From an uncultured delta proteobacterium (GTDB taxonomy: Bacteria > Desulfobacterota > Desulfobacteria > Desulfobacterales > QNYZ01), in NCBI GenBank assembly GCA_963845145.1, contig CAWJQU010000004.1, positions 504,684 through 568,683 on the forward strand: a stretch of DNA of 64,000 bases, given 5' to 3'. Shown here one piece after another: positions 10,561-21,836 of the stretch. Each line of letters opens with the position of its first letter. Position 1 is the first letter of the stretch. The translations under genes were made by a program, and so were the position numbers. A model generated the notes under the pieces. It did no database searches. It was not told where the DNA came from and saw only the letters and a program-made list of their open reading frames with translations.

Positions 10561-11788
10561 TGGCTTCTGCTTTCCTCAGTACTTCGACGGCCAGATCCTG
10601 CCAGGTACCGATTCGGTTGCTGCAATTAATGCGGTCCAGAAAATCGGTATCAAGGCCCGCGTCGTCTTTGCTTAAATCAACCTGATCAAGAGGTTCCACT
10701 ACCGAATGTCGATTAACCATTACATTGGCCGCATGAACGGCAGCCAAGGGTGAAAAGCCTTTTACCGGGCTGCTTTCCGGATCATGGTGCCAGGCGATGG
10801 ATTCGATGATGTGGTCGGATAACCCCCATATGCCCAGGAGGTAAGCCCCGATTTCAGCATGGGTTATTCCAAAGACGTCCATTTCCGCTGCGTGCCGGGT
10901 TATTTTTTCCTGTTTTAGGCGTTTGTCGACTTCCCGGTATGTTTCCGTAAGACCAGAGGCCAGGATCAATTTTCCCACATCGTGCAGGAGACCGGCCATG
11001 AAGGTGTCATCGATAATCTCTTTCTCCTTGGTTTCCGCTTTGGCAATAGACTTGGCGACGGATGCCGTCATCAGCCCATGGGCGGAAAGTTTTTCAATAT
11101 CGAGCCCGGCGATTTTTTTGGAAGAGAATTGGGAAAAAATACCGAAGGTGAGAACGAGCGCGTGAATGGTATCATACCCGAGAAAAACCACAGCTTCGGT
11201 AACGTCTGAGAATCGGCGCGGAATGCCGAAAAAAGCCGAATTCACCAGTTGAAGGATTTTGGACGTCATGCCCAGATCTTCGGAAATAATCTCTCCAACC
11301 TCTCGAATAGAGTAATCCGGTTGCCGGAGAACTTCCATGACCCGGGTATATATCGAGGGCAGCGAGGGCAGCGATTCCACCTGGGAGGCCACATTCAGTA
11401 AGCGTTCGTCTGCCAGTAACCCTCTTAAGGCACTGACACGGGATACGGTGTATTTCAGCAGTTCCGGATCGCATGGTTTGGCTAAAAACTGATGGGCCGC
11501 TTTAACGGTTTTCATGATCATCTCGGCCTCAGCATGGCCTGAAAGTATGATCCGAACGGTCTGGGGAGAGCACTTTTTAACTTCGTTGAGCAATTCGTCT
11601 CCATTCATTTCCGGCATGCGCATATCCGACACGATCACATCAAAGGTTTCGGTTTCCATGATCTTTAGTGTTTCGGCGCCGCTCAGGGCAAAGGTCATAT
11701 CCCACTCTTTGCGGTACTTACGAAGCATGCGTTGCAGCCCTTTGAGCACTTTGGCATCATCGTCGACGAAGATAAATTTTTTAGTCAT
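10553..11788 (-). CDS. Response regulator with HDOD domain
   Basis: REC (FVDDD, SDMRMP, AKP) plus HDOD (LPSLPSIY, ILQLVNSAFFG, GLLHDVGKL, HAEIGAYLLGIWGL). Confidence 0.9.
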   Translation of the reverse strand: MTKKFIFVDDDAKVLKGLQRMLRKYRKEWDMTFALSGAETLKIMETETFDVIVSDMRMPEMNGDELLNEVKKCSPQTVRIILSGHAEAEMIMKTVKAAHQFLAKPCDPELLKYTVSRVSALRGLLADERLLNVASQVESLPSLPSIYTRVMEVLRQPDYSIREVGEIISEDLGMTSKILQLVNSAFFGIPRRFSDVTEAVVFLGYDTIHALVLTFGIFSQFSSKKIAGLDIEKLSAHGLMTASVAKSIAKAETKEKEIIDDTFMAGLLHDVGKLILASGLTETYREVDKRLKQEKITRHAAEMDVFGITHAEIGAYLLGIWGLSDHIIESIAWHHDPESSPVKGFSPLAAVHAANVMVNRHSVVEPLDQVDLSKDDAGLDTDFLDRINCSNRIGTWQDLAVEVLRKAEANE

Positions 11789-14175
11789 GCTGGTACCTCA
11801 GTTGAAGGTGAACCGTTTAGTGGCAATTGAATGGTGAAGGTCGTTCCACAACCCTCTTCAGACTCACACGTGATGGTCCCCATGTGGTTTTCCGTGATTA
11901 CCGTGTGGGCGATAGACAACCCCTGCCCCGTTCCTTTTCCGACCTCTTTGGTCGTAAAAAAGGGATCGAAGATTCGATGCTTGATGTTCGCAGGGATGCC
12001 GGCCCCATTGTCGCGGATTTCTATCTTGACAGCGTTGCCATTTGCACGGGTATTGATGTTGATGGTGCCTTTTTCCGTGTGGCCGTTTACCCTTTTTTCC
12101 ATGGCGTGCGCGGCATTGACAATTATATTTAAAAATACCTGGTTTAATTCTCCGGGGTAGCATGAGACCGGCCCGATGGAATCGTCAAAGTCGGTTTTGA
12201 TATCTGCTACATATTTCCATTCATTTCGTGCGACGGTGATGGTACTTTCAATGGCCTTGTTAAGGTTGATCGGTGTTTTTTCGTCCGATCCCGGATGAGA
12301 GAACTCTTTCATTGAGCGGACGATTTTGGAGACCCGCTCCACCCCTTCGAGGCTCTGTTCTATCGCCACAGGGATCTCTTCTTCCAAATATTCCAGGTCC
12401 GCATCTTCCAAGACCTGCTCCAGCTCTTTAACCAGGGGTTGAAATTCGTTGTTTGTCCTCACAGTATCAAGCAATTTTGCATAGCTTTTTAGAACGGATT
12501 TCATATCCCCGAACGCATCTTCTAAAAAACGGGTGTTATCTCCCACGTATTGTGTCGGTGTATTGATTTCATGGGCGATTCCGGCGGCCAATTGCCCGAT
12601 AGATTCAAGTTTTTGAGCCTGGTGGAGTTGTGCTTCCATTTTTTTCCTATCGGTTATGTCAATCACTATTCCGATCAACCCACCGATGGTGCCGTCGCGT
12701 TTGAAATATACGGACTTGGTTACCTCTATGTCTCGTATATTTTCCTCATGGTCAGGCAGCTGGATCGTATAACTTTGAATTTTATTAGGCTCTTTAATGA
12801 GTGCGAGGTCCTGCTTTTCGATCTCTTCGGCTGTATCCCGGGGATATATTTCAAAGGCGGTTTTCCCGATCACTTCCTCTGCGGTTAACCCTTTGAATTT
12901 CGAATAGGCGTTGTTCCAGAGACGGTACACCCCATTTTCTTCTTTAAAGTAGAGCGGGAAGGGGATATTATCCATCAGTTCGGATAGGAAATGGAGCTGC
13001 TCCTTTTGTTCCTCTTCCGCTTTTTTACGCTCTCTCAAATCGATAAAGGTTTCAATCAAGACGGGACGATCATTGATCACAGCCCGCTTCACTGTTTTGA
13101 GAATCGGTATAACCTCACCGTTTGCTAAACGAAGTTTTCGTTCCGCGTGATCAATATCTTTTTGAAGGGTTATCACCGGACATCTGCCATTCTCGGCAGA
13201 GGCAGAAAAATTGAAGCATTGTTTCCCCACAATCTGATTCTTTGGATAACCGATTAAATCAACGGCATATGGATTGGCATCGATGATAAGATGGGTTTCT
13301 GCGTCGATCACCAATACACCGGTAAGGACTGAAGCCAGAATGGTTTTCAAGTTTAATTCGCTCTTCTTGAGAAAGGCTTCACTTTGTTTGCGCTGGGTAA
13401 TGTCCGTCACGGTAATCTGAATGGCCTGTTTACCATTCCATTCAACGACACGAACCCGATTGTCGACCCAGATTTTGGTGCCGTCTTTGCGAAGCCCCCT
13501 AAACTCATACTGGGAAGGCACTTTTTTTCCAGCCAGGCGGGCCAGTTGGTAGTCATACAGGCGGTCTTGTTCTTCGGGTGCTGCGATTTGGTGCAGCTCA
13601 TCCAACTGCATCAACTCTTTTTCCGTATATCCGAAAATTTTAAGAAATGCTTTGTTGACAAAAACGGCCTTTGTGCCTTGATGGACAACAATCCCCTGGA
13701 TCGACCCTTCGACCAGATCTCGAAAACGGCGTTCGTTTTCTGCAGCCTGGGCGGTTCGCTCCTCGATCATCTTTTCCAGATTGTCCCGATATTTTCTTTC
13801 GGATTTTTCAAGCCTCAGGCGTTTTAAGGCGTTTTCAACATTGATGAAAACATGGTTTCGTTCGATAGGTTTAACGATGTACCCGTAAACACCAATATCC
13901 AACACCTTTTTGATTTTATCGGGGTCGTCCATGGAGGATACAATGATAATCGCCGTATCAATAAACACCGTTTTAATATATTTTGCCAGCTCCACCCCCG
14001 ACTCGCCGGCCATATAGATATCGGTGATGACCAGATCGAAGGTTTTCTCATCCAGCTGTTTGCGAGCTTCGGCGGCGTTGGCCGCCAGTTCACATTTGTA
14101 GCCGCAGCTGTTGAGATATTTTTTTAGCAATTGTCTGACGTGGGTTTCGTCATCCACAATCAAGATTCTTTCCAT
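11785..14175 (-). CDS. Hybrid sensor kinase REC-PAS-PAS-PAS-HisKA-HATPase
   Basis: Probable start MERILIVDD at 14175; three PAS/PAC segments; H-box AAGIAHEINTP, N-box NIIVNAAHA, G-boxes DNGAG/GTGQGL. Confidence 0.9.
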   Translation of the reverse strand: MERILIVDDETHVRQLLKKYLNSCGYKCELAANAAEARKQLDEKTFDLVITDIYMAGESGVELAKYIKTVFIDTAIIIVSSMDDPDKIKKVLDIGVYGYIVKPIERNHVFINVENALKRLRLEKSERKYRDNLEKMIEERTAQAAENERRFRDLVEGSIQGIVVHQGTKAVFVNKAFLKIFGYTEKELMQLDELHQIAAPEEQDRLYDYQLARLAGKKVPSQYEFRGLRKDGTKIWVDNRVRVVEWNGKQAIQITVTDITQRKQSEAFLKKSELNLKTILASVLTGVLVIDAETHLIIDANPYAVDLIGYPKNQIVGKQCFNFSASAENGRCPVITLQKDIDHAERKLRLANGEVIPILKTVKRAVINDRPVLIETFIDLRERKKAEEEQKEQLHFLSELMDNIPFPLYFKEENGVYRLWNNAYSKFKGLTAEEVIGKTAFEIYPRDTAEEIEKQDLALIKEPNKIQSYTIQLPDHEENIRDIEVTKSVYFKRDGTIGGLIGIVIDITDRKKMEAQLHQAQKLESIGQLAAGIAHEINTPTQYVGDNTRFLEDAFGDMKSVLKSYAKLLDTVRTNNEFQPLVKELEQVLEDADLEYLEEEIPVAIEQSLEGVERVSKIVRSMKEFSHPGSDEKTPINLNKAIESTITVARNEWKYVADIKTDFDDSIGPVSCYPGELNQVFLNIIVNAAHAMEKRVNGHTEKGTININTRANGNAVKIEIRDNGAGIPANIKHRIFDPFFTTKEVGKGTGQGLSIAHTVITENHMGTITCESEEGCGTTFTIQLPLNGSPSTEVPA

Positions 14176-14305
14176 ATCATCCTCTTTAGTCGCCCGGGTG
14201 AAAACGGTCATCCATTTTCTATCTGCCCGTAATAAAGATATCGGCCGGATAGCGAAAAAGAAGAGGATGAAAAAACAGTTATGAATCAGTGATAAAAATT
14301 CACTG

Positions 14306-15169
14306 TTATTGGAGCGTGTTCAGAAAAGTGTTGAGATGTGTTTTCTTGTTTTTCAGGCCGAGTTTGGTACGAATATGGTATCGGTGGGTCATGATGGTAT
14401 TGGTTGAAAGATTCATGATGGCGGCTATTTCTTTGGTGGATTTGCCCTGTTTGATCAGATCGGCCACCTGAATCTCATTGGGAGTCAGGGCATGAAAAGC
14501 GGATGAAAGCGTTTTAACAAAGGGTGAGGCGATCTCTTCAAGGTTTACTTGTATCAGGCCTAACATGCGTTGATGTCTGGGCGACAGGCGAAATTTTTGT
14601 AATCTTTCCAAATTTGGCATGATCACTTTTCGGATATTGTTTAAAACCTGATCACCCATGTCCAGTTTATCTTGATCACGCTTTTTTAGCAACACATTCA
14701 GGGCGTTATCCAAGGCCTGGTACCCTGTTTCCATTTCCTGGTGGTCGGCCTTTAGTTGTGTAACCATTTCACGATGAGACGTAACGGCCTGTTCGAGGTG
14801 CCGTCTTTGCAATGCGTACGCGACGGCAATGATTGCCTGGCGACGGATCACAGGTTTTAAAATATGTCCGTAAAAATTTAACGCGGCTATTTGCCTGGCG
14901 AATTTGAGGCTGTTAATTGCCGATACGATGACGACGCCCATATCCGGATAATCCGATTGAAGGTTTCGGCATCTATCAAGATCGGCGATGTCGGGTTGGG
15001 ACAAACCGAAAAGCAGCAAGTCATAAGCGGTACTGTCGAGAAAAGATCGGGCACGGGCGGCGCTGGTTGTCGATCGGCATAAATACCCTTCCGATGTCAA
15101 TGTGGCCATCAGCAACCGGCGAGCGTCTTTTTGTTTGTCTACGACGAGCAGGCGATGGCTATTATCGAT
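14306..15169 (-). CDS. LuxR-family regulator with pseudo-receiver domain (start codon atypical)
   Basis: C-terminal LTPNEIQVADLIKQGKSTKEIAAIMNLSTNTIMTHRYHIRTKLG HTH; REC-like N-terminus has DLLLFGLSQP (phospho-Asp replaced by G); best RBS GGAGG lies 6 nt before an in-frame ATC at 15169. Confidence 0.8.
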   Translation of the reverse strand: MDNSHRLLVVDKQKDARRLLMATLTSEGYLCRSTTSAARARSFLDSTAYDLLLFGLSQPDIADLDRCRNLQSDYPDMGVVIVSAINSLKFARQIAALNFYGHILKPVIRRQAIIAVAYALQRRHLEQAVTSHREMVTQLKADHQEMETGYQALDNALNVLLKKRDQDKLDMGDQVLNNIRKVIMPNLERLQKFRLSPRHQRMLGLIQVNLEEIASPFVKTLSSAFHALTPNEIQVADLIKQGKSTKEIAAIMNLSTNTIMTHRYHIRTKLGLKNKKTHLNTFLNTLQ

Positions 15170-18100
15170 GCAAGACCTCCTGTACTTTAGCGATAAGTTC
15201 CCGGACGGTAAACGGTTTTTGAATAAAGGGCGTATCGGAGTCGAGTATGCCGTGGTGAACAATGGCGCTGTCCGTGTAGCCGGACATGTAGAGTACCTTG
15301 AGCTCAGGGCGGGTTTTTTTCAGGCGTTTTATCAGGGCCGCACCCCCCACTCCCGGCATAATCACATCGGTAATCACCAGGTCCGGTTCCAGGCCATACT
15401 CTTCAATCAAAAGCAGGGCCTCCCCACCATTAGCGGCAATCTTCACTTGGTAGTCAAGTTTTGTAAGCACTTTGATCATTAGCCTCCGCACGGATTTCTC
15501 ATCTTCCACAACGATGATTAGTTCACCGTGACCCTGGATATTATCCCTTTCGGGGCTCTTTTTTTCAATTGTCTTTTCGGCATCGATAATGGGCAAGTAG
15601 ACCTTAAAAGTCGTGCCATGGCCGCGCTCGGAGTAGACCCAGATATTTCCCCCGGATTGTTTGACAATACCGTACACGGTGGAAAGCCCCAGGCCGGTCC
15701 CCTGATTTTTTCCCTTAGTGGTAAAAAATGGTTCGAATACCTTTAATAGTGTATCGTTATCCATGCCGAAACCGGTGTCCGTGATGGCAACCATGGCATA
15801 TCTCCCCGGAATGACACTCGGGTGATCATCTGCATATATTCGGTCCAGCTCGATATTGGTGCTTTCGATTAATAGTTTGCCGCCCATAGGCATTGCATCC
15901 CGGGCATTGACTGAGATATTCATGATAACCTGTTCGATCTGGCCGGGGTCGGCCATGACAAGCCCAAGATTCTCGGCGAGTAAGAGGTTCAACTCAATAT
16001 CCTCACCGATTAGGCGGCCCAGCATCTTTTCAAGATTTGAAATGATGTCATTGAGGTCCAACACGGTAGGTTGAAGGGTCTGCTTGCGGCTGAAGGCCAG
16101 CAATTGACGCGTCAACGCCGCCGAGCGGCGCCCGGCCTCCATGATTTCTTTGACATCTTCGCGCATGGGATCGCCGGTGTGGAGCTGGTCCAATAGACTT
16201 TCACCATAGCCGAGAATAATGCTCAGCATGTTATTAAAATCGTGGGCGACTCCTCCGGCCAAGCGTCCAATGGCTTCAACCTTCTGAGCCTGCTGCAACT
16301 GCTCCTGTAATTGTTTTTTTTCTTTGCGGATACGAATTTGTCGGGTGATGTCTCTTTTAACAGCCACATAATTAATAATTTTTCCGGCCGTATCGAACAC
16401 GGGCGATATCGTGGCATCTTCGGTTATCAGTTGTCCCTCTTTGGTACGGTTGATGATTATTCCCCGCCAGGTTTTCCCACTGGAAATCGTTTCCCATAAA
16501 TTCAGATAAAAAAGATCATCATGTTTGCCGCTTTTAAGAATGCGTGGGGTCTGCCCGATGGCTTCGCTGCTGGAATAACCGGTTATGCTGTTCGAAGACC
16601 GGGTTGACGTATTCAATCGTTCCTTCAACGTCGGTAATGATCACATCTTCACCGGTTTGCTCAATAGCGGCGATCATTTGCTCGCGATCTTTTTCAAGTA
16701 ATTTACGGTCGATATAGTTACCCAGATCACGGGAGATCTGTTCCATCATTTTAACCGTCGTTTCACCATGGACACCCGGAGTGATCATCGTTTTGAAGGA
16801 TCAGGGTCCCAATAAATTTCTCGCCGGAAAAGAGCGGGAGCCCTAGCCAAACTTCAGAAATTTTATCGGTAATATCAATCTTGTCTTTTTGTGCCAGTTC
16901 TTTAATTTTCTCACTAGATAGTAGAAAGGGTTTGTTTTCCCGCTTTACCCGTTTGCTCAGAAATTTAGCGAGTTTCCAGGAGCCAGAAGTGGTATCATTT
17001 TCGTCCTTACTATACAGGGGGCGTTCCAGGCCACTCTTTTGATCATATAAAAAAAGAAATAATTGATTAACGTCGATTAGTTCGGCCAACTCCTCTTTAA
17101 TGATGGTAAAACTCTCTTCCAGGTTCACCGTCGTAACCATCGCGTTGGCAATATTGTACTGGGCTTTTTGAATCATTGCTATTCGTTTTTGAACGGTGAT
17201 GTCTTCACCAATCGCCTGGTAGGATACGGCTTTTCCCTGGGAATCGAATAGCGCACGGTTGGTCCACCGTTGCCAGGTGATATCTCCGTTACCAGAGATG
17301 ACCTGATGTTCATGCGATTGTATCGGTGAATCAATCGTCAGCGCTCTGATATTGGTCATCATGGACTCCCTGGCGGAGTCATGAATGAAAGATTGAATAT
17401 TAGAACCGACTAATTCCTGCGACGATTTGGTAAAATATTCACAATAGTTTTTATTCACAAACGTGATCTCGCCGCTGGGTAAAAAGCAGCAAATTAAACC
17501 CGGCATATCCTCCACAACCCCACGATAGCGTTCTTCGCTTTCCCTTAGTGCGGATAGGGACTGTCTGCGCTCGGAAATATCACGGGACACGCCGTGAATC
17601 CCCATAATGGTCCCGTCGGCGTCCCTCATCCATTTTACCTTGTTCTCTAACCAGAACGTGCTGCCATCTTTCTTGTAACTTTCCGTTTCAATGGTAAATG
17701 TCTGATCCAATTGCGGTTCTTTTTGTTCCTTTTCAAATTCAGTGGCAAGAAGTGTGAGCGACCTTTCCGCGGATTCGGGGGTCATCATATCGGCGAGAGA
17801 CTGGCTTTTACGTTCCTCCTCAGAAAAACCCAACATTTTCACGGCGGACGGACTCATATAGGTGGTGCGAAAATCCAGATCGGTGGTCCAGACGATATCC
17901 GCCATATTATCCGTCAGAAATCTGAAGTGGGCTTCGCTTTCCTGCAACAATGTTTCAGCGATTTTTTGCTGTGTGACGTCAAAAACGATGCCTTCGTAAT
18001 GGGTCGGTTTCCCCTCACCATCGAAATAAGCACGGGTACTATTGGAAACCCATTTGCGTGAACCGTCTTTACACTGCACTTCAAGTTCGAAATTTTCTAC

Positions 18101-19411
18101 GGATCCCTGTTTTTTGAGGGTTTGTTGATATCGGCGACGATCTTCCGGATTGGCATAATACTGTGATGAGATATCGCTGATTTCAGATACAAGCTGTTGG
18201 GGAGATTGATAACCTAACATTCTTGCAAAAGCGGGGTTTACAGTCGTAAAACGGCCTTCGGGCGTACTTTGAAAAAAACCGGCCACCGAATGTTGAAAAA
18301 TCCGGCGATATTTCTCCTCGCTTTCCTGTAGAGCTTTTTCGGTATGATGGCGTTCGGTAATGTCAGTCGCAATGCCGACAATTTCCTCTGTTTTTCCATT
18401 TTTCAAAACGGGGGACTCATGGACTTCTACCCGGAATATTCGGCCCTTTTTACTCTTCAGCTCCAGCTCGTAGGGCGGCTGACGCTTGCCGGTCCGGATA
18501 GCCTCCTCTGTCGCTTCATGCCCTTTTTTATTAATCGGGTTATCCGTGATAAACTCGGTCCATTTAGTCATCGCCTCTTCCGGTTCGCAATCAAAAAACG
18601 CACGGCATTGGGGACTGAGATAGGTAAAATGATGCGTTGTCGTATGCGAATAAAAAAGATCGCTGCTGTGCTCAATAATGTTTCGCAGCCTCTCCTCATT
18701 GTTTTTATGGTCCGCTACCATTCGATGTCGTTGAGCTTTCTCGGTTGTTAGCTTTCGTTTGAATTTTAAAATGATGAATGCCCCGATAAACACAGCTACG
18801 ACAACCGTAAGGCCGGCACCCCAGGCGGTTTTTAGCCAAGGAAATTTCGTAGTGGCTTCCGGTTCGTAAAAGATGCCGTCAAAGGAAAAATCAGGATCGA
18901 TCATCACCCCGGTATGGGAGAGGTCATATTCCCACCCTCGAAGGGAGGCGCCTGCTATCCGTTTTACGCGAGTCGGGTGCTTTTCGACCTCCTGAGTAGA
19001 TGTAAACTGGGTAGATGTAAACTGGGTAGATGTAGACTGGGTTGATGTAAGCTGGGTGGATATAAAGAGGGCGTCGCTGTAAAAATCGACGCCATAGGTT
19101 TGGGGCGAAATGATTGTGGTTTCCATCCGCAGCTGTTTAAGCTGCCACGGTTCGGTGGTGGCATAGGCGCTGACCGCATCTACCCGACCCTCAATGATTT
19201 CGACATCCAAACCGGCTAGCCGATAAAATCCTTTGTCCAGGGCAGCGTAGTAACCCGCAAATTGGAACGGATGCTTCCTTGGTAGTTGTAAAACGATCTT
19301 GTCGGATGCAAGGGCGGTCAGTGATTGAAAAAATGTCACCAACAAGCAGATGAGAGAGATTAAAACGGAACGTCCCAGGCCGGATGATGCTAAAGAAGTG
19401 CGTATCAGCAA
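15162..19411 (-). pseudogene. Large hybrid histidine kinase (NMT1/THI5-like periplasmic domain, TM, 4 PAS, GAF, PAS, HisKA, HATPase, REC) split by two frameshifts
   Basis: ORFs 16763-19411, 16534-16788 and 15162-16628 join into one protein if single extra bases near 16780 (LQNDDH/PGVHGE) and 16588 (YVNPVFEQ/ITGYS) are removed; AHDFNN H-box, GTGLGL, REC at the C-terminus. Pseudogene or sequencing error. Confidence 0.8.
18992..19066. repeat. 15-bp tandem repeat x5 (in-frame STQxT repeat)
   Basis: CTGAGTAGATGTAAA/CTGGGTAGATGTAAA/CTGGGTAGATGTAGA/CTGGGTTGATGTAAG/CTGGGTGGATATAAA. Confidence 0.9.
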
Positions 19412-19777
19412 GTCTGTTTTCCTTCAATCGGGTGAAAGAGGGATAATCGAATTTAGCGCTTTGGGTTTAACCGATTATTGATTCATGTTGCAACTACCTT
19501 ATCTATGGATGCCATGCAGCAACCCATTTGATTCAATCACAATGAAATCTACATTTGGGCGGCTCGGAATTTTAAGTAAATAAATCAAATCTATCGTTCT
19601 CGGATGTGCGATTCTAATGGAAAAGTCATCTTGCGGTTTATGACAATTATGTATTATCATAATAACCAAAAGCTATCATTTTTGGCCCGGCAAAGCCAGA
19701 GGAATTATTTCGATCTAAAAAAGCAGGGTATCACCCAAATTTTACCCAAATCAACCTGAGGTTAAAACAGGCGTTCA

Positions 19778-21304
19778 ATGAATCGTATCCCCGAAGTGAT
19801 GTTTTTATACAAGATAAGCAAGGTGCTCGGCGAAGATTTAGATTTAAAAAGCTCTTTGTACAAGGTACTCGAGATTCTCTCGGCTTCCCTGGAAATGGAA
19901 CGCGGGACGGTCTGCTTGAGGGATCCTGTAAAGGATGAAATTGTTATCGAGGTGGCGCACGGCCTGAGTGAAAACGCCATGCGCCGGGGGCGTTACAAAA
20001 TTGGCGAGGGAATCACGGGCGGCGTTATTGCCACCGGAAAAGCGGTCACTATCCCCAAGATCAGTGAAGAACCGCTTTTTCTTGATCGAACAGCATCTCG
20101 TCCGAATAACTCCGATTCGGAGGCGTCTTTTATCTGTGTACCGGTCAAAAGAGGCAATACAGTGATTGGCGCTTTGAGCGTGGATCGGGCCTATGATCCA
20201 TCCTATTCGCTTGAAACCGGAAGGCGCATGCTCTCCATTGTTGCCGTGATGATTGCCATGCATGTTGTCAACCTGGAAACGATTCGGCTTGAGAGTAAGC
20301 GACTGCGACAGGAGAATCGACGCCTTCAGACCGAGTTGGAGAATAAGTATCGCATTCAGAATATCGTTGGCAACAGCAACAAGATGCGGGAAGTGTATCA
20401 GATGATCTCGCAGGTGTGCCAAAGCAATACGAACGTCCTCATACGAGGCGAGAGCGGTACAGGCAAGGAACTGGTGGCCAACTCCCTTCACTATAACAGC
20501 CAGCGCGCCCACAACCCCTTTGTCAAGGTCAACTGTGCCGCCCTGCCGGCCAGCCTCATTGAAAGCGAATTGTTTGGTCATGAAAAGGGGGCTTTTACCG
20601 GCGCTATCCGGCAAAAAATCGGTAAATTTGAACTGGCCCATAAAGGGACGATTTTTCTAGATGAAATCGGTTCCATCGGTGCAGATATACAGGCAACCTT
20701 GTTGCGGGTAATTCAGGCCAAGGAGTTCGAGCGTGTGGGCGGGGATAAAACCATACGCAGTGATGTACGGGTTCTGGCGGCCACCAATAAAAATCTGGAA
20801 GAAGCCGTGGAAGCCGGAACATTCAGAGAAGATCTTTACTATCGGTTGAATGTGTTTCCCATTTTTATTCCGCCCCTGCGGGAGCGCAAAACCGATATTT
20901 TGCTCTTGGCTGACCATTTTCTTGAAAAATATGCCAGGGAAAATGGCAAAACCATTCGGCGTTTTTCGACACCGGCCATCAATATGCTCATCGACTATCA
21001 CTGGCCGGGAAACGTGCGGGAGCTGGAAAACTGTATTGAGCGGGCGACCCTGCTCTGTATCGATGGGGTCATTCACGGGTATCACTTGCCACCCACGCTT
21101 CAAACCGGCACGGCTTCGAATACGTTGCCTTCGCTATCCCTGGACGGGGCGGTTGAACATCTGGAAAGAGACATGATCATCGATGCCCTTAAAAATACGC
21201 GCGGCAATGTCAGCCAGGCGGCCACCTTGCTTAAAACAACCATGAGAAAATTTTCTTATAAGTCCAAAAAGTACGATATTCGTTTCCAAGCGTACCGAAA
21301 ATAG
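19778..21304 (+). CDS. Sigma54-dependent enhancer-binding protein, GAF-AAA+-HTH (NifA-like architecture)
   Basis: GAF N-terminus; GESGTGKE Walker A, GAFTGA loop, FLDEIG Walker B, WPGNVRELEN, Fis-type HTH. Confidence 0.93.
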   Translation: MNRIPEVMFLYKISKVLGEDLDLKSSLYKVLEILSASLEMERGTVCLRDPVKDEIVIEVAHGLSENAMRRGRYKIGEGITGGVIATGKAVTIPKISEEPLFLDRTASRPNNSDSEASFICVPVKRGNTVIGALSVDRAYDPSYSLETGRRMLSIVAVMIAMHVVNLETIRLESKRLRQENRRLQTELENKYRIQNIVGNSNKMREVYQMISQVCQSNTNVLIRGESGTGKELVANSLHYNSQRAHNPFVKVNCAALPASLIESELFGHEKGAFTGAIRQKIGKFELAHKGTIFLDEIGSIGADIQATLLRVIQAKEFERVGGDKTIRSDVRVLAATNKNLEEAVEAGTFREDLYYRLNVFPIFIPPLRERKTDILLLADHFLEKYARENGKTIRRFSTPAINMLIDYHWPGNVRELENCIERATLLCIDGVIHGYHLPPTLQTGTASNTLPSLSLDGAVEHLERDMIIDALKNTRGNVSQAATLLKTTMRKFSYKSKKYDIRFQAYRK

Positions 21305-21497
21305 GGGGTCGGTAGCCGTGAGACCGATTGAGGCCGTCTTTTAAACATCGTATCGCAATCCATGTCATTGGGATTACGTGGTAAGTTGTCCTAATACCGA
21401 GCCATAAAATCTCAATCCAGAAGATCATCTTCAGTAACCATTATGAAAATTTAATATTTACAATGTATTATTGTCTTTTTCGAAGCGCTATTAGAGG

Positions 21498-21513
21498 TGG
21501 CATATAATTTGCT
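21498..21513 (+). promoter_or_regulatory. Sigma54 (-24/-12) promoter
   Basis: TGGCATATAATTTGCT matches TGGCAC-N5-TTGCW with exact GG/GC spacing; directly downstream of an enhancer-binding protein gene. Confidence 0.75.
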
Positions 21514-21836
21514 TTAACTATATGGGTGCATAGGGCAACTGTACAAGAAGTAATAAGATTTGAGATACCTGGCTGACTTTGACTTAATATAAGACCTTCA
21601 AAATCAGGTAAGATATACGTGAAATAGAAACAGAATTACCGTGTAATTTTATATGATTGACTTGACAATTTAACTTGCACTCAGTATTTGAACGGCAGTA
21701 ATGTACTTTAATCACGAATAATACGGCTTTTGTCAACGCAACATTTTCTTATTTTTTTAATTTTTCCTAGGCCAGCGTTTGTCGCCATTGCGCGAATATT
21801 ACTTTCACCCGTTGAAAGTGGATTATTACGACCTTG

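Noticed and set aside
19778..21304. Calling the activator nifA or inferring nitrogen fixation
   Set aside because: The GAF-AAA+-HTH architecture is shared by many activators, and no nif structural genes are in the window
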